64,000 nucleotides of DNA from Podarcis vaucheri (GCA_965113315.1 OZ220363.1); one strand, 5' to 3'; shown: positions 26,573-39,595, counted from the first letter of the stretch. Numbers and translations: made by a program. Notes: generated by a model not told the origin, from the letters alone.

Positions 26573-27168
26573 CATAGAATTGAATCATTGAGTTGGAAGG
26601 GACAATGAGGATCATACGGGACCGCCTCTCCTGGTATGCCCCACAGAGAAACCTACGGTCTGCAAATAATAACATCCTCAAGGTCCCAGGCCTCAGAGAG
26701 GTTAGGCTGGCCTCAACTAGAGCCAGGGCCTTCTCGGCTGCGGCTCCAACCTGGTGGAATGCTCTGTCAAAAGAGACTAGGGCCCTGCGGGACCTGACAT
26801 CTTTCCGCAGGGCCTGCAAGACAGAGTTGTTCCGCCAGGCCTTTGGTCAGGGCGCAGCCTGACTCCCTCCTCTGGCAACCTGCACAGAATTTTGCTTAAT
26901 TGGTTGCCTTCAATTTGATTTAATTAATTTTTATAATGAAATATTTTTAGATTGTGTAACTATTTTACTGTTTGATTATTTGATTGTTGTTAGCAGCCCT
27001 AAACCCAGCTTCGGCTGGGGAGGGCGGGATATAAATAAAATTTATTATTATTATTATCTAGTCTAACCCTCTGCAATGCAAGAATGCTGCCCACAACTGT
27101 CCCTGGGTAGGCTCAAACCACCAACCTTCTGGTTAACAGCCAGACACACTGACCCATTGCACCACCTG
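26573..27168 (-). mobile_element. tRNA-derived SINE with CR1-like tail, split by an L2 insertion
   Basis: Minus-strand head ggtggtgcaatgg...gttaacc...ggtttgagcc (A/B boxes) at ~27110-27168; tail catagaat..gagttggaagggac..gaggatcat|ctagtctaaccc rejoins across the L2. Confidence 0.7.
26616..27057 (+). mobile_element. L2-clade LINE 3' end (second subfamily)
   Basis: ORF 26593-26862 gives RDRLSWYAPQRNLRS...RAFSAAAPTWWNAL...FRRACKTELFRQAF (L2 ORF2 C-terminus); (TTA)n tail. Confidence 0.9.
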
Positions 27169-28574
27169 GCAATAGCATCAGAGGTTAACAGCTCTCCTGG
27201 GCAAAGCAGTTCAGGCTATGTGTACTGGGAGCCAAGCTTCATTTTCACAAGTTGTAAACCAGGGTAGGAAACCATCTTTGTCACTCCAAGGACAGTATTC
27301 CTTCTTAGCCAGTCTTCCAGAGGCAGCATGCACATGCTGGATGTGGCCAGGCTAAAATAGGCATGGCCACTGCCCAATAACATTTTGCATGCATATATAC
27401 TGCACACACTGCAGTAATTAGAAACAAGCAAAAAAAAAAACAACCCAAACATTTAGCTTTCCCCCACAAGCCTAATTGCCCCAAGCCTAATATTTCTGGA
27501 AAGCGCCACTAGCAAGGGGTTAACCTTTTTCACCCCAGCTGCCCTCTCTCCAGGAAGATCATCCCACCTGGAAGCAATTAGTTTCCAAATAGGGGTGTGT
27601 GTGTTTTTTTCAAGCCTAAATTGTGGTATGGGTGGAGGGATGAGGCAGGGACACTGGTCCAGATGAGAAAACCTAAGGGTAACTCCTGGCCCACAGTCGA
27701 GGGTCTTCCACCATGCCCTGTAGTCTGACATCAGGATGCCAGTTGTCATTTAAGACACCCCCAAGGAAGAACTCCTTTCAAAAACACATGGCGGGGGGGG
27801 GGGCTTAATACAAACATTCTGTTTTGGGCACCTGGAAGTTTCTTCCCTTCCTTTCCCTGCAATTGGTGCCTTCCTGTATGTCTTTCCTAGTTCCCACAAA
27901 GAGCAGGTGAGCTGGTAAAGTACTTCAGATTTCAGGTAGCTGCTAAGAAGATTGAATGCTCTGCTATTAAAACAAAACAAAACACCTTAGCCGGGGGGGG
28001 GGGGACTAGATGTCAAGGACAAGGCTTCTGAATTGAAAGGCTAGTATGAGGGAGGCGGGGCGGAGGGGATTCAATTCAGTTTGTATTCAAAGCCAAGAAA
28101 GGTGTTCAGAAATGCATACAGTAGTGTAAAGTATAAACCTAAATGTGCATATATTGAACACAAAAGGCATAATATAGGGCAAAACTATGTACAAAATTGT
28201 GAATAATAGGATCAATTCACACAAACGCTGATGAATTTTCATGGGGACTATTTTTTTTAAAAAAAATACAAACTTCTATCAAGATGTGGAGAACTGAATT
28301 TACAATTGGAAAAATGAAAAACTGAGAGAAAGCAAAATTGATAGATTCGCTCACCCCTAGCAAATATATACATATTTACTTTCCTCCATAGTGGAGCAGC
28401 ATTCCATCAGGTGAGCTTGCACCTGCTGTCTGAAATGATGGAGCCCAGACACAGGCCCACCAGCTTATCTGCTATTATGAAAAACTAGTTTTCAGTTCAG
28501 AGGTCCATTTTGAAACCTCTGGTGACAGAGCCACTCGCAGCCAACCATGCATGAGGCACTTAAAATATTCAGTA

Positions 28575-28776
28575 CGGTCATACCTTGAGTTACAGACGCT
28601 TCAGGTTGCGTTTTTTCAGGTTACGGACGTGCCGAAACCAGGAAGTACCAGAACAGGTTACTTCAGGGTTTCGGCGGTTGCACATGCGCAGAAGTGCTGA
28701 ATCACAACCCGTGCATGCACAGATACGGCGTTGTGGGTTGCGAATGTGCCTCCCGCATGGATCACGTTCGCAACTC
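28575..28776 (+). mobile_element. Truncated Tc1/mariner MITE
   Basis: TA-CGGTCATACCTTGAGTTACAGACGCTTCAGGTT start resembling family A; right TIR missing. Confidence 0.7.
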
Positions 28777-28797
28777 TTAGCCAAAGTCACCTCCCTT

Positions 28798-28976
28798 CAT
28801 AGGAGTCAACTCCTAGGGGCTGAGGTCCCTTTGCCCTTCATAAAATATTTGAGGGACCACCCCTCCAAGTTAATGGACATTCTCATTCAAATGGTGTGCA
28901 GGCGCTGCGTCTTGTGATCAATTGTGCAGGGTGAGGCTCCCCCCACCGGCAATATTTTATTCACGTTAACACCCTG
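28798..28976 (+). mobile_element. hAT-type MITE (second copy at 52149)
   Basis: CATAGGAGTCAACT...GTTAACACCCTG termini; shared internal aagttaatggacatt..attcaaatggtgtgca..tgtgatcaatt. Confidence 0.7.
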
Positions 28977-30383
28977 GTCTTCCTTACCTATTAAGTTGTA
29001 GCTATCCAAACACACTCACTTACACAAGAAAATTATTTACACAAAGCACAGCTAGGCCAGATGAGTGTGCTCCCATAAAAACCCTGAGCCCATTTGAGGA
29101 GCTATATTAGTTTGGGAAGCACTTATATCAACGACTTGTATCGTAATTAGAGTTCAAATAATGTAAATGATACTAATTCACAAGGCTGAGTAAAGTTTAA
29201 TGGGACTATTACTGTGGTTCAGAGCTCCACAATCAGGCTGGGAGTTTGTAGAATCATTTGCAGAAGAGCCAAGTAATTTACTGCTGGAGCTTGGGACAAT
29301 TATGCCGTTCCATTGATGGTAGGGTGAATGGCACATTCACTGGTTTTCTCAATGCCCCTTCTCGAGGCTTCCATTTGCATAAAACTATTCATGAGCTTTT
29401 GTCTTAAATATACAAAAGGGCTCAAATCCTATCCCCACCCACTTCACCCCACCTCCCGCCAAACCAAACACAAATAGCATTCAAAGAAAGCAAAGAATGC
29501 TTGCATTTATTGGGAAGATTGCAAAATGTGCAAAGGGTGATTGGTTACCAAATAAGTTTTTTTGGCATTTATTTTTCAATTTCCTTTAATAAATGATTAA
29601 ATTAGCAGAAGACCCGACAGTGCATGTTCGCTTTTACCAGGCGCATTCCAATGACACAATCTATAGTAATTTTTGAATAGCGCCCTTGATCATTAGAACA
29701 GCAGTGAAACAAGCGAGGTCGGTGGGGTCACGAAGGAGCCAGATGGGGTTCTACCTGCAACATAATTATGTGAGCAGCTGAAGGCATTTTGCAAGGTCCT
29801 AAAGCACCTCCAGTCACACTGCAGTCAAGGGAAGCAAGCTTTTAATTTTATTTTTAAGGTAGTGCATACAAATAGGTCCTTGCTTCTCAGTTTATAATGC
29901 TTCCAGCTACATCAGCAACTTTCACTCTAGTGACTTCCTTGACAGAATGGGAGCATTAGTCTAGCCACGCTGCAGAAAATTTGCCCTCCTGTTAGTCTTT
30001 ATGTTGACATTTTGATAAACTCCAGCTCTGATAAGAAATAGCAAGATCTTTGGCAAACATTCGCAAATTATAAAGAGAGAATGTGTATATGCACAGATAT
30101 GGGACACGTAATGTATTCCTCCTGAGCGCCCCAAACGGGGTCTATTAAGCAGTTCCAACTAACCAACCTATCTTTCTGTCACTTAGAACCCAAATGAAAT
30201 GCAAACACATCACGGAGCCGACAGCACTCAAATGAGTTCCATCTTGTGGTTAGAAGGAGTTTAGGAACCCGATATAGAGGCCTAAAACCGATGACCCATC
30301 GAGTGAGCCACTGCACTGAAGCAACAGCTCACAGAGCCCAGTGTCAGAGTCTAGCACCTGGTGCCAGGACCTTATCTTGTGAA

Positions 30384-30840
30384 TGTCAGGAGTCGGTGTC
30401 ACGCATAGGTCAGCAATAAAACACGGTGTCAGTAAATTTGGCTCTTTGTCCAAAGCAACCAGCGCAGGCCACTAATCCCACCAACTCTTCCCCGGAGGTC
30501 TTGTTCCACTGAGGCAGTTGTGAGGACTGAAGGGCCCTGCCTTTCCACTGCTGTATAAGTCCCCTCCTCTCCAGGGTTTCTTCCAAGCTTTCATAGACTG
30601 CATCTGCACACAACCATTCTCTGCTCTGCTCTTTTCATTTCTCTGCATGTTCTAAGAGACCGGGGCAGGGGGAACCGGCTGCAGCAGGAAGAGGGGACTC
30701 CCTAGATTCTTCAGCAGCCTGCCTCATTGCTGCCTCTTGGCCCCTCTCCTCTGCTTCTGAGTCTGCACTGCTCTCTGCCCCAGTTTCTCCCTGCTCACTA
30801 AATCCTGTTACCTCTTCAGCTTCTGATACCTCCTCCTCCC
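30384..30840 (-). mobile_element. Truncated LTR-like element (TGTCAGG terminus)
   Basis: Same TGTCAGG terminus and pyrimidine-rich plus-strand body as the solo LTRs at 34840 and 36817; the other end was not found. Confidence 0.5.
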
Positions 30841-31737
30841 TTTGATATTTTTAACAAATCAAAATATTATTAAAATCAACAATTAGATAAAAAAGCAGAA
30901 TATACAGATTCACCCATCCCTACCCATAGGTAATAGAAGCTTTCCGTGGGGATTATGACTGTGGAACGAAAAATTAAACTTCCCTTCCTAAAGCACTTTA
31001 GTCTGCTGTAAAATTGCCCCTCCTCCCCATATCAAAAAATACAGCACTGATAACACCACACACTTAATGTAATGTGTAGTTAGGCCCTCAGAATGTCTTT
31101 TATCCTAACAAGATTTTTATGTTCTTTTTGCTGTAGCTGCAATAGGACCACCATGATATCAATAGTAAACAAACACAGGGAGGGCAGGGAACTGTTGGAC
31201 ATTTTTACACGATCAAAACAACTCCTTGCAATGTTTTCTCATCAATGATACATACAGTTCATATTTCAAAAGGAACACCACTATCTTCTATTATTCAATA
31301 GAGAACACTACACTTCTTAACATCTTTCATCTCTCTTCCTGCCATCTTGGTTGTGTGGCGCTGCACACCTACTTTCAAGCTTCTTTAAAAAAAAAAAAAA
31401 ATTCAACATCTTTCCATATATGGAATGTTGAATAAGTGGCATTTTAATTTCCTGTCACTATACATAAATTTCCAGTCTAAACTGTACTGTAGTGTTAAGG
31501 GTGTGTGTGTGTCAGGCTGGATCATGCCCTGAGTCCCTTCCAATTATTGGGATCCTCCATCTGTGGGGGCAAAATGCATGACAGCAAGTGTACCAAATCA
31601 GTTCCTTTGTCTCTAGGTGATGGTTTTGGCTGACTAGTTAAGTGCCACACTTAGCATAACCAAAAGTCATTCTGAGACAAATAGGTGGGCCTTTCCCCTC
31701 CCCTCCCCTAGCTGCTAGGTAGGAGAACAAAAGCCAG

Positions 31738-31830
31738 TATAAATAAAAAATTTCCTTCCAGTAGCACCTTAAAGACCAACTAAGTTTTATTTTGACTATG
31801 GCAGACCAACACGGCTACCTATCTGTAACC
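31738..31830. mobile_element. Penelope-like element terminal fragment
   Basis: ttccagtagcaccttaaagaccaactaagttt...ggcagaccaacacggctacc resembles reptile Penelope-like termini (recalled). Confidence 0.5.
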
Positions 31831-33041
31831 AAAAGCCAGTATAGTGTGTGAGAGATGGATGAAGGCTGGAAGCTGGAGACACAGAGATATGCTTGATCCA
31901 TATCTATGACTAATGGAGAAGCAAGATCTTTCGGGCTGTTAATGCCATGAGCCCCTTCATCAAGCTGTATATATGTGTAAAGAAAACTATATATCCTAGA
32001 GACACCAAAGTCTCCACTGACCTTCATTCCAAGGAAACCGAACCTGGGTAAGCGCCTGGAATCTCCCACTGTTCAGAGATCGGGGTGACACATAACAGTA
32101 TTTCTTGCACGAAAATTCAACATCTTGGAGCAATGTGCCCCAGCATGCAGCACCTAGAGAAAGCCTCTGTAGCCTCAGCATCAATAAAGTGATGTGAGAC
32201 ATGAAGGAATCATAAAATTAAATGTTGCTATTTGCATATGCTGTCTTGATTGGACTGCTGCTCTTACCTGTAAACTCCTCTCTGCTGAGGCATCTTAAGA
32301 ATTGCCACTGCCTGCCTTAATGCAGACTTCCCTGAAGGATGGATGGAGAGATGGAGTGATCACTACTGAGCACAAAGCCCACGATTTGCTTCAGAAGACA
32401 AGACAAAATGCAACCTTGAAATATGTACATAGATGCTGCACAGGCAATTGAACAAAAGCAGCATTCTCACAGCATAACCAGATTGGTGCACCTACATGCA
32501 TATTTCATGTTTCTTTGACATCTTGTCATTTCCCGTGTTCTGCCTTTTCTTTTGGAGATGCACTCCTGGCTAACCTCTCGATAACTGAATTTAAGTCCTT
32601 CAGGTCAGGGATTCTCCCGCCACCCCCTCCTCTTAATCCTCACAATGCCAGCCCCGCGCGAGACACATTATATACTCACCAGCAAATATTAATAGCAGCC
32701 TCTGAAGATATATTATCTTTTCTGCTGAATGGTGGAATCCCATCCTTGAATAATGTTGACTGGATGAAGATAGGATTGCAACTAAACCCGCTTACGACAG
32801 TGTAGCTGTAAGGTATGCCGGCATAGTGAAGTTATTATGATATAACAATATTAGAGATGGGGGAGAATTTTATTCAATTCACATTTAAAGGTGAGCCTGT
32901 CTAAACTGCACTTTCCCAAACAAGGTGTGAACCAAAATACAACCACCATTTAAAATCTGCTCTTCTGCAATGCACTTTTCCAGACAAGCAATGTATACAG
33001 AAATGCAGAGCTGCCAAGGAGTCTTTGACAATGGCCATAAC

Positions 33042-33167
33042 CAGTGTTGTTTTTCTAGAAAAAGAAGTGCTGGAATTCACCATGAACACCACCCTTGTTC
33101 TCTTATAATGCCAATGGCACCCAACTGAGAGGTGCTGGAACTGAGTTCTAGCTGAAAAAAAGCCTTG
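33042..33167. mobile_element. hAT MITE
   Basis: Perfect 8-bp TSD GCCATAAC (33034-33041, 33168-33175); imperfect TIRs CAGTGTTGTTTTTCTAG / CTGAAAAAAAGCCTTG. Confidence 0.75.
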
Positions 33168-34429
33168 GCCATAACTGTGCTTTGGTTGTTGCTCCTTGAA
33201 GAACATTGGACACCAACTACGTAGCTTTGCTGTGCATTTAACATGCATCTCTTGTGTTATTTTGATTATGTTTTTATTAATCCTTTCAGTGTCCCACAGA
33301 AAGATTCCACTGAAACAAATTGGGCAACTGACATTTTTATAAGCTCTGGCATTGCCATTTTAGATTGCCCATAAGACTGTCCTGACCATTATATGTGTAT
33401 GTGCTTCAGGAACTTACGGAATTACGGCCACTGAGTCAAATGATGAAGGTGAGCCAATAAATGTTGGCCTTTCTTTCTGAGGATTGTATATTGGGTAAAG
33501 ATGTTGGTGGCAAGGTAACTATGCCTCAGTCAAAAATATCCACATTGAATTATTCATTACATTTTAATAGAGTATAATCATATGCAACAGGTGTTTTTCC
33601 TCCAGCTTGCTGAATTTCACTATAACTAGCTCCTAGATAATAGCCTGGGGGGATGCTGCAGTAGAACAAATCAGTCTTATTTTAAATTAATTACTGCAAT
33701 GCTACAGTGCCTATCAGTTGTTGTGCTGCTTTTTTTGTCTCAGTGTTCAGTGCACGTATTAATACTCTAGAACTAAGGAAATAAATATCCCATGCAATCA
33801 GGTTTGCAAAAACATTGCACTGATGTATAAATAAAGATTCCAGGGACAAAGTTGTGCCTTAAAAAAATGCATTATTAAAATTTGGTTAACTGCATGATTG
33901 GTGGTAAAAAGCACAAGTGTTGATTTAAATTTCACATCAAAGAACTATTAAAACAGAAATCAGCAACCAGTGGTGCTTCTATTAAAAACATTTAAGTATG
34001 ATTAATGTTTTATAGAACTTCTTAGCATAACCTTTTCACTTCAAGAACCAGAGTTGAATATATTTTATTTAATTACCTTTTGAGGTGCATTGATTAATCG
34101 TTGCTCTTTTCTGTACACAGAAAAGTTATGATTTCATTTCTTGGTATGGATGTTAAAATGTTGACACCGCTTTTCTATATTTAAAGTAATCTTCTACTTC
34201 AACAAATTTTTACATGCCCTGGGACCTTAGGGTGAAGGGCAGGTAATAAATAATAATAATAATAATGTCAGATAAAACGTCAACAATCCATAAAAACCTG
34301 GACACTGTGAAAACATCAAGAACAGATGGATAAGAAATTTCTGAAGGCCAGCTCCAAAAGATGGACTTTCCCTTTCTTTCTAAATGTTAGGGGAATAATC
34401 ACACTTCCTTGGGACAACCACCTTGAAAA

Positions 34430-35356
34430 AACCCAACCAGAAATTTATGCAAGGGATGGAGAAATGGATAGAGAAAAAATAGTCTTCCTTTCTCAAAACA
34501 CTAACATTCATGGACAACCAATGAAGCTGAATTTTGGAGGACTCGTGACAGATGAAAGAAAGCACTTCTTCAGGCAGCACATGGTTACATTGGAATTTGC
34601 TGTGATAGCCCCCACCTTGGATGGATTTAACAGAGGAGTAAATTCATGAAGGATAAGGTTATCCATGGCTACTAGCCATGATGGCGATGCTCTGCCTTCA
34701 CAGCTGGAGGCAGTATGCATCTGAACGCCAGTTCCTGCAAACCACAGGAGGAGAAACTGCTCTTGGGCTCAGGTCCTGTTTATGGGTTTCCCATAAACAT
34801 CTGGTTAGCCCCTGTGAGAACAGGATGCTGGACTAGATGTGTCATGCTCGGGGGATTCTGTGCCTCCTCCTGTGGCAGCAAGAAGCAAAGGGAAAACAAG
34901 GAAGAGTTCTTACTACGTGAGTTTATTCAATCATCACAGCGAGAGACGAAGGAATGCAGCCAGTCTCCCATTAATGGCGTTGCTCCAACTGAGCTCCTCC
35001 CCCTCCCTTCCTAGCAACAGCACTTCTCCTTACGATGGCCGCCAGGGGCTAATTGTCTCTGAGCCCTTTGCTCTTGCACACTCAGTGAACCCTGGGTTCC
35101 GGGAGAAATACTCTCCAGTGATAACATGTTAGCCTGCTCTGCCTCCTCCTTATCTTCTCCCAACATCTCCCAACTCTTCTGTTCGCCTGTCTTCCTCAAA
35201 CCACTGCTGTAATTCAATACTGCCTTCCTCTCCTCTGGACGCCTCAGGATGAGAAAGGGGGAGGGGTGATTTTTACCATTCCTCCTCCTCAATCTCAGCC
35301 TCTTCAGTCCAGTCCCTGACAAGATGACCTGGTCCAGCAGACCCTCCTTATATTCT
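34430..35356 (+). mobile_element. Old CR1 3' end interrupted by a solo LTR
   Basis: CR1 3' motifs (caaccaatgaagctgaatttt, gtgagaacaggatgctggactagatg | acctggtccagcag). Confidence 0.7.
34840..35321 (-). mobile_element. Solo LTR
   Basis: TGTCA...TGACA termini; perfect 5-bp TSD AGATG (34835-34839, 35322-35326); AATAAA on the minus strand at 34927-34922. Confidence 0.85.
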
Positions 35357-36816
35357 GAAAAGTACAAGTAATGAGGGTAATTACTCATCACTCTGCAGGT
35401 ACTCTCACATATAATTTTTTTACATGCCTCAATTGCCCTAGTAACTAAATCAGGGATGGGGAATCTGTAGCACCACCTTCCAGATATTACTGGTACAGCC
35501 CCCATCGTCTCTGACCACTGGCTGCAGCTGATGAGAGTTCAGAGTTCAATGTCATCTGCCGCGTCGCACGTTCCCTACCATGGATTTAAATGGCGGAAGC
35601 AAATCTGGAAACATTCAAAGTATATGCATGACATCCTATTTCCTCCACAGAAATGAATGTGGGATTACTGAATATACATATCATTCGGGTGAAAATCTTA
35701 GCTGCCAAAACTTTTACATCTTAAAGCCCATTTCAATCAGGATAGGAATGATGGGATTGGGTTGTAGCTTCCCTTTCACAGCTTCATGCATAGACTTGGG
35801 AGACAATCAATACCATCCATGATTCACAGAGGGAAATATACCTTTTGTTCAGATGATGCATGCTGGCAGTTAGGACAATGAATCCAATCTTTAAGTAGCA
35901 GACTCCCCTCCCCCCCTTTCCTTTTCTCTCTTTGGTACAGTCTTTCCACAAATCACATACTTAAAACATATGCTCAGAGGATGTGCTTTTGTCTTTCCTT
36001 GGTGCTCCCTGTCAGATACTTTTATGCAAAGAAGAATTCATGTAACACTTTGAGTCCTTTTTTTTAACAGTTGCGTTCAAGGCACGAAAAATTGTAATGA
36101 TTTTCTCATATTTAGTAGCACGAAGAGGTAAAATACACCCTGAATTTATTTTAAAAAGTCCAAGGCTGCTTATCTTATCATCACTTGGCTCTTCTTGCAC
36201 CATGCTTTTCTGGAACACCTTTCCCTACTCAAATATTTCTACTACCTTCCCCACACCAAACATTCCTCCTCTGAAATAATAATTAAAAAATCACTAAAAC
36301 AGGAAATATGTAGCTTACCAAACACTGATGGTTCGGCACCTCATTTGCTTACTTTTAAATTACATACCCACTACCTAGATAACAGGAGAAAGACAGTCTT
36401 ACATTATTGCACATCCTTGATGAAATGGAGTTAATTTTTCCAATGATATTGTATTCCAATGATACTGTGGGCTCAACATGATTACTGCTCGTGTATAAAA
36501 GAGTCATATAAAATCTATAATATTTTTTATAGGGAGGAACCTTCATGGACGATTTGAAATTACTAGGTCAGTAATGAAAGGAGGAAGGATGGCGGAGCTG
36601 GAGCATTCAATGGGTGGTATATATGTGAGTTGAGTGGTTAATGTGCATAACAACTGGCTATTGTGTACATTCCTCAGGCTTCATGGAGAATGTGCACATA
36701 ATCTTTCCATGAAGAGGGAATTCTGCACATTTCCTGGTCAATACACATAGGGATGAATTCAATGTTGCAGTAAGGCAATAGTTCCATTTTGGCTTGCCAG
36801 GCCGAAACCCCCTCAC

Positions 36817-37274
36817 TGTCAGGCTTCAGGGAAACCGATCCCCCTCCCTCACAGCAGGCTGCCAGCACTGGAAAGACAAGAAACTCTTACCAAGGTCTTT
36901 TATTCAATATTCACAGAAAGAGACGTAGAAATGCCGTCTCTCTTGGATAATGGTGTTGCGCCGAGTAATCTCCTCCCTGCTTCCCTTCTCAGTTGTCAAC
37001 AGCCCCACGGTGTCTGCTTAGGGACAATTGCCTCTGGGCTCTTTGTTCTCCTATTTTCATTGCTCGCCGTATTCTGGGAGAAGGGGGCCTGGAATGCTCT
37101 CTAGTGATAACGTGTCAGCCAGCTGTTCCTGCTCTGCTTCTCCCATTTTCCCCCCGGCTTTGCCCCTCTTCTCTCTCTCCCTCTGCAAATCACCATTGTA
37201 AATCTTCTCGGGAAGGTTCAAGAGAAGGGGGAGGCCGTTTCCACCATTCCTCTTCCGATGTCCAGTTCCTGACA
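36817..37274 (-). mobile_element. Solo LTR related to 34840
   Basis: TGTCAGG...CCTGACA termini; TSD CTCAC/CCCAC; minus-strand AATAAA at 36904-36899; motifs shared with the 34840 LTR. Confidence 0.8.
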
Positions 37275-37706
37275 CCCACTCTTCTCCCACCATGTGCTGC
37301 CCTAGGGGTTCTCCTAACCACCCCCAGTGCCAATTTTATGAGATGGGGGGGGCATGAGGGAAGGGGAGGGGAGGTTTGTTGTGCAAACAGAAGTCCTTTC
37401 GCTAAACTTCCATTCAGTGGTGGACCTTTGGCTTTCAGATTTCAGCAGTGCCCTGTGCAATGCCTCAATTCAGTGACCCTGCCAGTCGTTTTCTATTATT
37501 GTGGCGCCCCCGTGGAACCCTCCCGGCTTGGTACCCAGTGCAGGCAAACCAGTCACACTCCCCTAAATCCACCTATGTTCCATTGATGGAATTCATTCAT
37601 TGAATCCCACTCATAATAACAACTTAATGGCAAAAGAAGAGTGAAAAGTAGTGATACGAACCACCTACAGTAACTTTAAAAACATTTTTAATCATGCTTT
37701 GTAATA

Positions 37707-38122
37707 CAGTGGTGCCCCGCAAGACGAAATTAATTCGTTCCACAAGTTTTGTCGTCTAGCGAATTTTTCGTCTTGCGAATCACGAAATCCCATAGGAATG
37801 CATTGAAAATCAATTAATGCGTTCCTATGGTCAAAAAAAGTCCAAACAAAGCCAAATTTGGTACAACAATAGTTTATTAACTGCTCTTTAAAGTCACACA
37901 TACTGTAAAGAGCAGTTCAAAAACTGAAGGGAAAATAAATTAACTTTATAAACAAAACATGTCTTTGTTTTTAGACAAAGGAAACAAAGTCGCGAGACGT
38001 TTTCGTCTTGCGAAGCAAGCCCATAGGTGAAATTCGTCTTGCGAGGCAAATCGAAAACGGAAAAACCTTTCGTCTAGCGAGTTTTTTGTCTTGCGAGGCA
38101 TTCGTCTTGCGAGGTACCACTG
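37707..38122. mobile_element. Tc1/mariner (Tigger-like) MITE, family C
   Basis: TA flanks; TIRs CAGTGGTGCCCCGCAAGACGAA / TTCGTCTTGCGAGGTACCACTG; many internal TTCGTCTTGCGA repeats. Confidence 0.9.
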
Positions 38123-39025
38123 TAAGCTGCTTTGAAAGCTCTGTCTCATCAACGCTGCAGTATTCCTGCAGGGGGATAGACATCTAGTCTGACTGTTAAA
38201 AGTAGCAAGCAGTGCCATGGATATTTCCTGTTTTATACATAGAGATGGAATACAGAACACTTCGCAATTTGTCTCTGAAAGTCACTCGAGGATGCATTCA
38301 AGAGTCACACAGAAAGCCCCTGCAAAAGAGCCTTAAAGATGCTGTGATGAGGAAGAAGGTTTCATCGATGGGGTTTTAACAAATACAAAGTGGCATTGTA
38401 AAAAGTTCAGGCTGCACAGAAGCATCTTATGCACGAACCTTCATTTGCCAGAAATATCTCTAATCTTATTCCCAGCTTTTGGCAGAAGTCAGGAACATGC
38501 AGGCCAGATCTTGGTCCTGCTGAGGTATTATGACCTTTTACAAGGCTATTATTCCTATGACCTTTCACGATGCTATTATTCATAAATGTCCTATACTGAA
38601 TTGTTTATTATTAGTCTCTGGTTCTGCATTCTACCCTGCCAAAGTCCAACTAAAAAAGCCCCAATAAAATATTCATTCAATGTATTACTGTGCTGAAAAA
38701 CAGGTTTTGCAATATTCTGTGGTGGAGGCTATCATTGTACCCTGATGACAAAGAAATTGGCTTATATTCCAGGATTGATACTGCACAAGAAGACTTCCAC
38801 TGGTGTGTTGGGACCTCTCCTTCCTCTCCTCTTCCAACACCCCTCCAGACTCCCATAGAAATGCCCCCCAAACTTCCAGAGCAGATTTGGGGGACATGTT
38901 GCATGTGTGTGCAGAAGAGAGAGGAAAAGGAAATTCCATTGCACCACATCCATTCCACAAGTGGGGTGACACCATTGTAGGTCACCCTGTATGTTTTCCT
39001 GGATTCAAAATACATGCTAAAGCCT

Positions 39026-39139
39026 GTAGCTGTGTCAGTAGAGCATGAGGCTCTTAATTTCAGGGGCACGGGTTCATGTCCCAAATTGGGGAAAGTTGGG
39101 GAAAGATTCCATCACAGGAGGTTGAACTAGATGACTCCC
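39026..39139 (+). mobile_element. tRNA-Lys-derived SINE with CR1-like tail
   Basis: gtagagcatgaggctcttaatttcagggg..gggttc resembles tRNA-Lys(CTT); followed by gttgaactagatgac. Confidence 0.7.
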
Positions 39140-39140
39140 A

Positions 39141-39595
39141 TGTGTTGTCGTTTAATTGTTTAGTTGTGTCCGACTCTTCATGACCCCATGGACCAGAGCA
39201 CGCCAGGCACTCCTGTCTTCCACTGCCTCCCGCAGTTTGGTCAAACTCATGTTAGTAGCTTCAAGAACACTGCCCAACCATCTCATCCTCTGTCGTCCCC
39301 TTCTCCTTGTGCCCTCCATCTTTCCTAACACCAGGGTCTTTTCCAGGGAGTCTTCTCTTCCCATGAGGTGGCCAAAGTATTGGAGCCTCAGCTTCAGGAT
39401 CTGTCCTTCCAGTGAGCACTCAAGGCTGATTTCCTTCAGAATGGATAGGTTTGATCTTCTTGCAGTCCATGGGACTCTCAAGAGTCTCCTCCAGACCATA
39501 ATTCAAAAGCATCAATTCTTTGGCGGCCAGCCTTCTTTATGGTCCAGCTCTCACTTCCATACATCACTACTGGGAAAACCAAAGCTTTAACTATA
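39141..39595 (-). mobile_element. Bov-B (RTE) LINE 3' fragment
   Basis: ORF 39152-39499(-): WRRLLRVPWTARRSNLSILKEI...LKLRLQYFGHLM..EDSLEKTL..GRQR.RW is the Bov-B ORF C-terminus. Confidence 0.93.

Noticed and set aside
34840-37274. Single provirus flanked by two LTRs
   Set aside because: Each LTR has its own TSD, they are too diverged, and the interval resumes CR1 or unique sequence with no PBS or gag-pol.
36993-37586. 197-aa ORF as a real gene
   Set aside because: It begins inside a solo LTR and crosses its boundary, and it has no recognisable domain.
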